Assembly (NCBI GenBank): GCA_964583285.1
Contig: CAZOVD010000002.1
Coordinates: 2,940 to 66,939 of the forward strand
Source: an uncultured archaeon
GTDB lineage: Archaea; Iainarchaeota; Iainarchaeia; Iainarchaeales; JAAZKV01
DNA: 64,000 bases
Direction of reading: 5' to 3'
Shown: in pieces, positions 53,707-61,769 of the stretch
How the letters are laid out: each line of letters starts with the position of its first letter
Numbering within the stretch: position 1 is the stretch's first letter
Made by a program: the position numbers and the translations under genes
Notes under the pieces: model-generated
What the model was told of the DNA's origin: nothing
What the model saw: the letters and a program-made list of their open reading frames with translations, nothing else
The model's database searches: none

Positions 53707-54476
53707 GTGAAAAAGCTGTAATAATATTGTCTGGAGGAATGGATTCTGTAGTGTTACTACATTATCTAATAAAAAAATTAAATAAAAAAGTGCATGCCTT
53801 AAGTTTTGATTATGGACAAAAACATAATATTGAACTTGAAATGGCTAAAAAAAATATTGAGGAATTGAAAGAAAATATTGTTGATTGGAAAATTCTTGAT
53901 ATTACATTTATGAAAGAATTATTAAAAGGAAGCAATGCCTTAACAGATGATAATATTGAAGTTCCAACTCTTGAAGAAGTAATTGGAGAGCCACAACCTA
54001 TTACATATGTTCCAATGAGAAATTTAATGTTTTTAACTCTTGCATCAGCTTATGCTGAAGCTGTTGGAGCATCTGATGTGTATTATGGAGCACAAAAACA
54101 TGATGAATATTCAGGTTATTGGGATACTACTTCAATGTTTAGAGATAAATTAAATGATGTTTTAACACTTGATAGAAAAAATACTATTAAGATTAAAGCA
54201 CCATTTGTTAACTTGCATAAATCAGAAGAAGTTATTCTTGGTAATGATTTAGGAGTTGATTTTTCTAAAACATGGACTTCATATAAGGTAATTGATATAG
54301 AAAATTTAATTGCTGATATTGATAATCCCACAAGTAGGGATAGAATTAAAGCGTTTGCAGAAGCAGGTATTCCTGACCCACAAAAATATAATAAAGAAAT
54401 TAATTGGGAAGAATTATTTGAAAAATATAAAAAAGATTTTACAGTTGAAGAAGTATCTAAAAAATTGGTGTTATAG
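53703..54476 (+). CDS. queC: QueC-like PP-loop ATPase lacking the four zinc-ligand cysteines
   Basis: 'AVIILSGGMDSVV' and 'YVPMRNLMFL' are QueC-like. Where B. subtilis QueC has 'LTCYNG...GCGECPACHLR', this protein has 'TWTSYKV...IDNPTSRDRIK'. Confidence 0.7.
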   Translation: MSEKAVIILSGGMDSVVLLHYLIKKLNKKVHALSFDYGQKHNIELEMAKKNIEELKENIVDWKILDITFMKELLKGSNALTDDNIEVPTLEEVIGEPQPITYVPMRNLMFLTLASAYAEAVGASDVYYGAQKHDEYSGYWDTTSMFRDKLNDVLTLDRKNTIKIKAPFVNLHKSEEVILGNDLGVDFSKTWTSYKVIDIENLIADIDNPTSRDRIKAFAEAGIPDPQKYNKEINWEELFEKYKKDFTVEEVSKKLVL

Positions 54477-55055
54477 ATGTGTGGTATTGTTGGTTGGAAA
54501 GAATGGAATTCAAGTATTAAAAATTTACAATATTTAAACAGCAAACGCGGTGGATATTCTACAGGTGTATTTAATTTTGAAAATAATTATTCGTTTTCAA
54601 ATGAAGGAACATTTTTTCCAACTGATACAAATAATTCTATTGTTCAATACCGTGCTCCAACTGCAGGTATTAATAATTTTATAAAACAAGAAAATTATCC
54701 ATTGAAATATAAAAATTGGAATTTATTTGGAAATGGTGTAATTAATGCTGATTTTTTTAAGCAAATTAAAGATGAAGATAACAATAATGATTTATACTAT
54801 ATATTAAAAGGAATTGTGAATAATGGTTTTAAATGGCTTGAAAAAGTTGAAGGAACATTTGCATTGGTTATTATTGATGACAATCATAATATTTATCTAA
54901 TACGAAAAGATTTTCCATTATTTTTTAATAAAAATCAATTTAGTAGTATTCAATTTGATAATAGTGAAAAACTTAAAAGTGGAATTTTATATGATTGGAC
55001 GTATAATAAACATGTTAAAGAATTAAATTTTAAAGAAGAATATTTACATTTATAG
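54477..55055 (+). CDS. stand-alone class II (Ntn) glutamine amidotransferase domain
   Basis: N-terminal 'MCGIVG' (Cys2 nucleophile). AsnB-like blocks 'KRGGYSTGV', 'GNGVINA' and 'VEGTFALVIIDDNHNIYLIRKDFPLFF'. Confidence 0.7.
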   Translation: MCGIVGWKEWNSSIKNLQYLNSKRGGYSTGVFNFENNYSFSNEGTFFPTDTNNSIVQYRAPTAGINNFIKQENYPLKYKNWNLFGNGVINADFFKQIKDEDNNNDLYYILKGIVNNGFKWLEKVEGTFALVIIDDNHNIYLIRKDFPLFFNKNQFSSIQFDNSEKLKSGILYDWTYNKHVKELNFKEEYLHL

Positions 55056-55067
55056 GAGTGATTTAAA

Positions 55068-55547
55068 ATGAGTAGAAATGATGAAGAATTAAAAGATGTT
55101 ACCTTATTAGGTAATCAAAATACAAAATATGAAATGGATGAGGTTAAACCAGAATTACTTGAAACGTTTGATAATAAACACCCAGAAAATGATTATCTTG
55201 TTTCTTGGAAGTGCCCAGAATTTACAAGTACTTGCCCAAAAACAGGACAGCCAGATTTTGCAACAATAATAATTCAATATGTTCCAAGAATTAAAATGGT
55301 TGAATCAAAATCATTAAAACTATATTTATTTAGTTTTAGAAATCATGGAGATTTTCATGAAGATTGCGTAAATATTATTATGAAGGATTTAATTAAATTA
55401 ATGGACCCTAAATGGATTAGAGTAATAGGAGATTTTACACCAAGAGGTGGAATAAGTATAAATCCAATTGCAGAATATACAGCAAAAGATTATACACCAC
55501 CGGCACATTATCTAGCATTACCACAAATACATCAAAGACATCTATAG
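55068..55547 (+). CDS. queF: NADPH-dependent preQ0 reductase (QueF, unimodular type)
   Basis: Catalytic '[13 protein letters not shown]' and the QueF motif '[21 protein letters not shown]'; 159 aa. Confidence 0.85.
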   Translation: MSRNDEELKDVTLLGNQNTKYEMDEVKPELLETFDNKHPENDYLVSWKCPEFTSTCPKTGQPDFATIIIQYVPRIKMVESKSLKLYLFSFRNHGDFHEDCVNIIMKDLIKLMDPKWIRVIGDFTPRGGISINPIAEYTAKDYTPPAHYLALPQIHQRHL

Positions 55548-55556
55548 AGTGATATT

Positions 55557-56021
55557 ATGAATCAGTTACTAATAGATGTTGATGTAGATTTATTACAAGT
55601 TAGGGGACCAGTTGAAGATGATATTCGTCAATGTCAAAAATTACTTGAACAATGCAGTACATTTGTTTATGCTACAACTTTGAAGGAAATGATAAAAAAA
55701 CATAGAGTATTTATTCTTGGTGAAATTGGATGCCCTATTGGAATAATTGTATTTAATGCATCATTTAATACAATATCATATTTAGCAGTTCATACGCAAT
55801 TCAGACAAAAAGGTATTGCTCAAAAGTTATTTAATTATGGTATAGATTATCATAATATAAATAGTTTAATAATAAAAGCAATGATTGATGAACCAAGTTC
55901 TGAACCATTTTGGTCTAAACTTGGTTTCATTTCTACTCAAAAAATCTATACCACTAAACGAAAAAAGTTACTTGAAATGATTTGGTATAGAAAAAAATCA
56001 TGTGAGGTTAGTTTAATATGA
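55557..56021 (+). CDS. GNAT-family N-acetyltransferase
   Basis: Acetyl-CoA motif A 'LAVHTQFRQKGIAQKLF' and C-terminal 'FWSKLGF'; 154 aa. Confidence 0.65.
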   Translation: MNQLLIDVDVDLLQVRGPVEDDIRQCQKLLEQCSTFVYATTLKEMIKKHRVFILGEIGCPIGIIVFNASFNTISYLAVHTQFRQKGIAQKLFNYGIDYHNINSLIIKAMIDEPSSEPFWSKLGFISTQKIYTTKRKKLLEMIWYRKKSCEVSLI

Positions 56022-57202
56022 ATAGAAATTTTTTTGAAGCAAATAAATTAGTATATTTACCTGCAATTTTGCCAGCAAAAGGTCTTTATTGTAATAATCA
56101 TGGGTTGGATTTTGAACCTCAATTTTGGAACAATAAAGGTATATGGCAATATGATAATTTACTAGTATCAACATATCATGCAAAAGAAATAAAAAATTTT
56201 AGAGAAGAACTTGAAATAGATAATAAAGTAAAAATACTTGGCGATAGCGGAGGTTTTCAAGCTGTAACACTTGGCGGTGATTTAAACGCTAAAGAAGTAA
56301 TTAAATGGCAATTAAGTAATTGCGATGCAGGATTAATTCTTGATAGACCGCCATATGAATTTAATAATACTGCTCAATTTAGTGGAACTCCAACTGAAGA
56401 ATTTTTTAATAAATGCTTACAAATAACATATGATAATGCAAAAATTGCTTTATTATATAATAATGAATCATATGAAAATCACTCTGATAAACCTATAAGA
56501 TTATATGGAGTTATTCAAGGTGAAACTTGGCAACAGATGATTAATTGGTATAAAAGAATGCATGAATTAGAAATTGAAACAAAATATGAATTTAATGCTT
56601 GGGCTATGTCTCCAAAACCATCTTATGACCCAATTAAAATTGCTATGTTTGGAATTATTGCTCTTGAATATAAATTAAATAAACCAATTCATATTTTACA
56701 AGTTAGTGGAAAAGGTGGTATCTTTATTGGAGCATTAATTAGAAAATTGACAGGCCAACCTGTAACAATTGATTCATCTACTTGGGGTGTTTCAGCAAGA
56801 TATGGAACAGCAATTGACCCATTAAATATTCCAGATTTAACGCCTGTTGGGCAAAAACTTAATACAGATAATATGTCTGGATGGTTTTGTGATTGTCCAA
56901 TATGTTCTAAATTAAAAATAAATGTAGAAAAAATTGGAGAAAAATATACTCATTATTTAAATGTTCATAATTTATATCAACTTGCTAAAATTACAAAATA
57001 TTTTGATTTTATGATTCAAAATAAAAACGAAGATATTATTTTAATTGCAAGAAGAATTTCTAAAGATTGCGAAACTGCAGCGCAAATGCTATTAGATTAT
57101 AAACAATTTGGATTTAAATATACTGCAAATAAATATAGAGAGGTTTTTAATGATGAAAATAAAATAAATTTAAAAAATCAAACAAATATATTTAATTTTT
57201 AA
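56018..57202 (+). CDS. dpdA: DpdA-type DNA-guanine transglycosylase (TGT superfamily)
   Basis: 'KILGDSGGFQ' and the zinc motif 'FCDCPICSKL...YLNVHNLY'; 394 aa, ATGA-coupled. C-terminus 'QTNIFNF*'. Confidence 0.8.
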   Translation: MNRNFFEANKLVYLPAILPAKGLYCNNHGLDFEPQFWNNKGIWQYDNLLVSTYHAKEIKNFREELEIDNKVKILGDSGGFQAVTLGGDLNAKEVIKWQLSNCDAGLILDRPPYEFNNTAQFSGTPTEEFFNKCLQITYDNAKIALLYNNESYENHSDKPIRLYGVIQGETWQQMINWYKRMHELEIETKYEFNAWAMSPKPSYDPIKIAMFGIIALEYKLNKPIHILQVSGKGGIFIGALIRKLTGQPVTIDSSTWGVSARYGTAIDPLNIPDLTPVGQKLNTDNMSGWFCDCPICSKLKINVEKIGEKYTHYLNVHNLYQLAKITKYFDFMIQNKNEDIILIARRISKDCETAAQMLLDYKQFGFKYTANKYREVFNDENKINLKNQTNIFNF

Positions 57203-57216
57203 GGAGGGGATTTGAG

Positions 57217-59127
57217 ATAGAAAAAATTTTAATATATGATTTAGAGACAAAAACTCCAGAAAAAGCACCTAATCCTGAACTTGATGAAGTCAGAGTTATT
57301 GGTTTTTGGTCTAGTATTACTAATGAATATCATATTGAATTTTATGATAATTATAAAACAAAACAAGACTTTCTGAATAAAATTAAAAATATTTTTGCTG
57401 TTCATGATTTTTTAGTTGGTTTTAATAATTTACAATACGATAATTCAGTTTTATATCATAATAAATTACATGGCATAAATACTAATAAATGGGGTGATTA
57501 TACAATTATTGGCAAAGTGAATATTGATTTAATGCAAATATTTAAAATGCGCGCTGGTGCAATGAAAATAGATAAAGGGATGCTTGGAGATTTATTAATG
57601 AGTTATAGTCTTGATTTTATTTCTCAAACAATTGGTATTGTTAAAAATAATGGAAAAATTAAAGATTTTGATTATATGTTATTAAATAAAGATTCTTGGA
57701 GTAAAGAAGAAAAAGAAAACATAAAAGAATATACATTAAAAGATATTGAAGTAACTAAAAAAATGTATGATTGGCTTGAAAATTATTTTGAAGGATTTAA
57801 GCCTTTTTTAAAAGAAGAAGATAATAAAAAGAAAGATTATTTAACAATACCAATAAGTGTTTTTGCTTATAAATCAATATGTAAAGCAATGAATTGGCAA
57901 GAAGAATATGCAAAGAAAAATCATCATACAAGTTATGGTGGAGGATATGTTGCTTATCCTGCTGGAGAACATTTTTCAGGAAATATTTATTGTCTTGATT
58001 TTAATTCTTTATATCCTTCTATAATGCATCAATGTAATATTTATTCACCTGTAGCTTATAGTAATGATGGTGATGAAGCAATTAAAACTTGTTGGACAGG
58101 AAATAATAAGTTTAAGGTAGAAGGATGTTATGATACTAGACAACAAGGCAAAGTAGAAAAATTATTAAAAGAATGGTATGAACAAAGATTAATTTGGAAA
58201 AAACAAAGAGACCCAAGAGAATATTCTATTAAAATAATTATTAATACAATTTATGGATTATTAGGAAATGAAGCGTTTAAACATATTGCTAATCCTATTT
58301 CTGCCGGTGATGTAACTAGAATTGGACGTCAATGGGTAAAACTCTCAAGAACAAGATTTAAAGAAGCTGGATATGAAGTAATTTATACTGATACTGATTC
58401 TGTATATATTATTGATAAAGTTAATGATAAAGAAAAAATGTTAAAAGTAAAAGATAAAATAATACAAGAAATAAAAGAAAATATTCCATTCCCATATGAA
58501 AATTTTGATATGGGAGTTGATGATGAAATATCTGATATGTGGTTCTTTAAAGGTGGAATAAAAGATAAAGATACTGATGATGAAATGGACGAAATGGATT
58601 TTGAAAATAAATCAAAAGGTTTTATGAAAAAAAATTATATCTATAGAACAATAGATGGTAAAGTAAAAGTTAAAAACCTTGGTGTTAGAAAAAAATCTAC
58701 TAGTGCTTTAACAAGAAAAATATTTTGGGATTATTTAATACCAAAAATCAGTCAAGAACGAAAAGTTAAATTTCCAAAAGAATATTTTGTTGAAGTAATA
58801 GATGAAATATTAAAAAAAGATATCAAAACTGCAGCAAAAAGATTTCAGGTTGCACCATTAGAAACTTATAAATTAGATGGACAATTACAAGCACAAATAG
58901 CCAAAGAATATGGCCCAGGAATACATTTTTTAATTAGAAATAAAAGAATAGGAATAGGAAAAGGTGTAAAATATTGTACTATAGATGAATTTATTTCTAG
59001 TAAATTAACAACAAAAGATTTAGTTCTTACAGGTATTTGGAAAGAATTAGCTTATTTTATTGATGGAGATATAGAATTAGAATCTGAAAAATATTCCCAA
59101 AGTACTGCATTAACGGAGTGGTTTTAA
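57217..59127 (+). CDS. polB: family B DNA polymerase with 3'-5' exonuclease; apparent non-ATG (ATA) start
   Basis: ExoI 'ILIYDLET', ExoII 'GFNNLQYDNSVL' and ExoIII 'YTLKDIEV'. Pol motifs A 'DFNSLYPSIM', B 'KIIINTIYGLLG' and C 'YTDTDS'. The track ORF (57517) omits ExoI and ExoII. Confidence 0.85.
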   Translation: MEKILIYDLETKTPEKAPNPELDEVRVIGFWSSITNEYHIEFYDNYKTKQDFLNKIKNIFAVHDFLVGFNNLQYDNSVLYHNKLHGINTNKWGDYTIIGKVNIDLMQIFKMRAGAMKIDKGMLGDLLMSYSLDFISQTIGIVKNNGKIKDFDYMLLNKDSWSKEEKENIKEYTLKDIEVTKKMYDWLENYFEGFKPFLKEEDNKKKDYLTIPISVFAYKSICKAMNWQEEYAKKNHHTSYGGGYVAYPAGEHFSGNIYCLDFNSLYPSIMHQCNIYSPVAYSNDGDEAIKTCWTGNNKFKVEGCYDTRQQGKVEKLLKEWYEQRLIWKKQRDPREYSIKIIINTIYGLLGNEAFKHIANPISAGDVTRIGRQWVKLSRTRFKEAGYEVIYTDTDSVYIIDKVNDKEKMLKVKDKIIQEIKENIPFPYENFDMGVDDEISDMWFFKGGIKDKDTDDEMDEMDFENKSKGFMKKNYIYRTIDGKVKVKNLGVRKKSTSALTRKIFWDYLIPKISQERKVKFPKEYFVEVIDEILKKDIKTAAKRFQVAPLETYKLDGQLQAQIAKEYGPGIHFLIRNKRIGIGKGVKYCTIDEFISSKLTTKDLVLTGIWKELAYFIDGDIELESEKYSQSTALTEWF

Positions 59128-59942
59128 TGCCAAAATTATGGAATTCAATTAGAATAGAAATGTACAATAAACTTCTTGATAAAAATATTGAAGAAAAAGT
59201 ATTATATGATATTATGAACCATGCAAGTTATCTTGGTTTGCAAAACATTGTTTTAGATAATATTAATATAAATTGTTTTTCAAAATTTAATTTTAATACA
59301 ATTATTTCATATGTAAAGAAAAAAGAATTAAGTATAAAATTAATATTTACTGATTTTATTAGTGAAGGATTAATGAAACAATATATTCAAGAATATAATG
59401 ATATATGTTTTATTCGCACACAAAGTAATGAAGGTTTAGATTTATTTAAAAATATTATTTTTGAAATTTCAACTAATAATTTAAATTTAAATTATGAGAA
59501 AGTATTTATTGATTTTAAAAATAATAAGAAAAAAATATGGTTAGAAATTGTTAATTATTATGATAAGAATCAAGAAACATTTTGGTGCGGGGGAGAAAGA
59601 ATTGCTGGAAATGGATTTAGTATAAATGATAGAAGTAGAATTAAATCTATTATTCGTTCTGCAAAGAAACATAATATCCAAAACTTTGACTATTTATTGA
59701 AAGCTGATACTTATGGTATTACGCAAAATTTTAACTGTAAGTATTTATTATTACCTACTGTTAAAATTGATGGAAGTATTTGGAATTGTAAACAAAGACC
59801 ATTTATAAAACCTATATCATTCTTAGATATAAAACCGAGAGAAGAAAATGTATTATCAGGACTATTAATTAATACTAGCAAAAATTGTACTGGATGTTGG
59901 CAACCAGAATTATTTGGAGGTATTACCAATGAAATTAGATAG
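59118..59942 (+). CDS. radical-SAM/SPASM-like protein lacking the CxxxCxxC cluster
   Basis: C-terminal 'LLLPTVKIDGSIWNCKQ...NCTGCW' is SPASM/twitch-like. No N-terminal Cys triad. Confidence 0.3.
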   Translation: MVLMPKLWNSIRIEMYNKLLDKNIEEKVLYDIMNHASYLGLQNIVLDNININCFSKFNFNTIISYVKKKELSIKLIFTDFISEGLMKQYIQEYNDICFIRTQSNEGLDLFKNIIFEISTNNLNLNYEKVFIDFKNNKKKIWLEIVNYYDKNQETFWCGGERIAGNGFSINDRSRIKSIIRSAKKHNIQNFDYLLKADTYGITQNFNCKYLLLPTVKIDGSIWNCKQRPFIKPISFLDIKPREENVLSGLLINTSKNCTGCWQPELFGGITNEIR

Positions 59943-60675
59943 AGTTCATTCTTATTCAAGTTTATCTTCTTATGAATGGTGTAAACAAAAATATAAATAT
60001 TCATATATTGATAAGTTAGATTCAGGAGTCAAATCTCCACACCTTATTAAAGGTGGAGATATACATGAATTATTTCAAAATTATTACAAAGGGTTTGAAG
60101 GAAAGATAACAAAAGAAAATATTGATAAACAGAGATTATTAATTCCTACTCATATGTATTTAAAATATAAATCTCATATAGATAATTTTTTTGCATTTAA
60201 CAAAAGAATTTTTGAATCAATTCATCAAGATGAGTTAGGAACAAAATTTCTTCCAATATGCGTTGAAGAAGAATTTGTTGATGAAATGTATAATATAAAA
60301 GGATTTATTGATGCTGTATATGAAGATAATAATGGAAATATTGTTATTCTTGATTTTAAAACTGGCAAATATCCTAAAGATAATAAAATAAGCGCGTCAT
60401 ATCAAAAACAGTTATACATTTATGTTCATTTATGGAATTTGCATCATCCTGATAAACCTGCTAAATTTATTGCACATTTTTACACTATTAAAGAACCAGA
60501 TAAAAATAATCCAATAATACTAAAAGTTGATAGTAATAAATTAAATGAAACCCGAAAATGGATTATAGATACACAAAAGAAAATTAATAATGGTGAATTT
60601 ACAAAATGCTCAGACTTATATAAATGTAAAAAATGCGAATTTTATATGAATTGTTATGGCGGTGTAATTTGGTAA
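59914..60675 (+). CDS. Cas4/RecB-like PD-(D/E)xK exonuclease with 4-Cys cluster
   Basis: 'IDAVYED...VILDFKTGK' and 'SYQKQLYIY' (QxxxY). Cys at 'YEWCKQ' plus 'CSDLYKCKKCEFYMNC'. Confidence 0.75.
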   Translation: MEVLPMKLDRVHSYSSLSSYEWCKQKYKYSYIDKLDSGVKSPHLIKGGDIHELFQNYYKGFEGKITKENIDKQRLLIPTHMYLKYKSHIDNFFAFNKRIFESIHQDELGTKFLPICVEEEFVDEMYNIKGFIDAVYEDNNGNIVILDFKTGKYPKDNKISASYQKQLYIYVHLWNLHHPDKPAKFIAHFYTIKEPDKNNPIILKVDSNKLNETRKWIIDTQKKINNGEFTKCSDLYKCKKCEFYMNCYGGVIW

Positions 60676-60690
60676 TATATATTTAAAAAT
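60675..60690 (+). promoter_or_regulatory. early-type promoter motif
   Basis: ATATATATTTAAAAAT, with the box 42 nt upstream of ATG 60732 (SD 'gaaaggaagtaat'). Confidence 0.5.
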
Positions 60691-60731
60691 ATTTATATAT
60701 TTTATTTATATTATGAAAGGAAGTAATTTAA

Positions 60732-61769
60732 ATGGTTGAAATTCTAAATAAATTATATAATAGATTTCCAAGACAGATAGGTATCCCGTATAGATATACT
60801 TTCAATAATTATGCTGAATTTTATAATTTTATTAATAGAAAAAAATTTCATCATAGAATATATGCGTCTTTATATAATTATACTGGCGATGATGTAATTG
60901 ACAAAAAGAATCTAATGGTAGATAAAATATTTTTTGATTTGGACAATGATAAATGTTTTGAAAATGTTAAATTACTACATGAAAAAGCAATGAAAAATAA
61001 TTATAAACATTGTATCTTTTTTAGTGGTGGAGGATTTCATTTTTATATTTTTACAAAAAATTATGAAAAATTAAAAAATAAAAAAGATGCTTTATTTAAT
61101 GCACAACAATTTATTGCAAAAAATACTAGTTTAAAAATTGGTGAAGCACATGAATATGATTTAGATGAAAAAATAATTGGAGATATTGCAAGAATAGCAA
61201 CTGTTCCATTTACATATAATCATAAACGAAAAAGGTTTTGTATAGGTGTTAGTGAAGAAATGCTTAATACTAGTTATAAAGATATTAAAGAACAAGCAAA
61301 ACAACAAATATTTAAATCATATGTATATGGAACAGATTTATTTGATATATCTAAATTTGATACAGAAAGACCAATACATATTAAAGAATTTGAAATAACA
61401 AAAGATTTACAGATAGAAATTGATTCAGATTCCATGTTAAAAGAATTACCACCTTGTGCTATTAATTGGTTAAAACAACCACATGTAGGATATAAAAAAC
61501 GCGGTTATATTATTATGTTACTAAGGGATAAAGGATATTTATTAGAAGAAACCGAAGAATTTTTAAAAAGACATTTACAACCAGCAGAATTTATACACTG
61601 TTGTACAAGACAATTTGCTCCAGGTTATAATGAACCAGGAGAAAATCAACATGTATATCTTTATAATAATAGAAAAACAGTATTTCCTAATTGTAGTACT
61701 TTAAAGTTTTTAGGAGAATGTGTTTGCCCTGATAAAGAAAAATGCAAAGAGGTTGATTTTTATAAATAA
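60732..61769 (+). CDS. archaeo-eukaryotic primase (PriS-like) fused to a PriL-CTD-like Cys-rich domain
   Basis: AEP motifs 'KIFFDLDND', 'FFSGGGFHFYIF' and 'DIARIATVPFTYNHK'. C-terminal 'LPPCAINWL' plus 'HCCTRQF' and 'CSTLKFLGECVCPDKEKC'. Confidence 0.75.
   Translation: MVEILNKLYNRFPRQIGIPYRYTFNNYAEFYNFINRKKFHHRIYASLYNYTGDDVIDKKNLMVDKIFFDLDNDKCFENVKLLHEKAMKNNYKHCIFFSGGGFHFYIFTKNYEKLKNKKDALFNAQQFIAKNTSLKIGEAHEYDLDEKIIGDIARIATVPFTYNHKRKRFCIGVSEEMLNTSYKDIKEQAKQQIFKSYVYGTDLFDISKFDTERPIHIKEFEITKDLQIEIDSDSMLKELPPCAINWLKQPHVGYKKRGYIIMLLRDKGYLLEETEEFLKRHLQPAEFIHCCTRQFAPGYNEPGENQHVYLYNNRKTVFPNCSTLKFLGECVCPDKEKCKEVDFYK

Noticed and set aside
57212-57214. TTG as the polymerase start codon.
   Set aside because: It is out of frame with the ExoI-containing reading frame and is followed by TAG after two codons.
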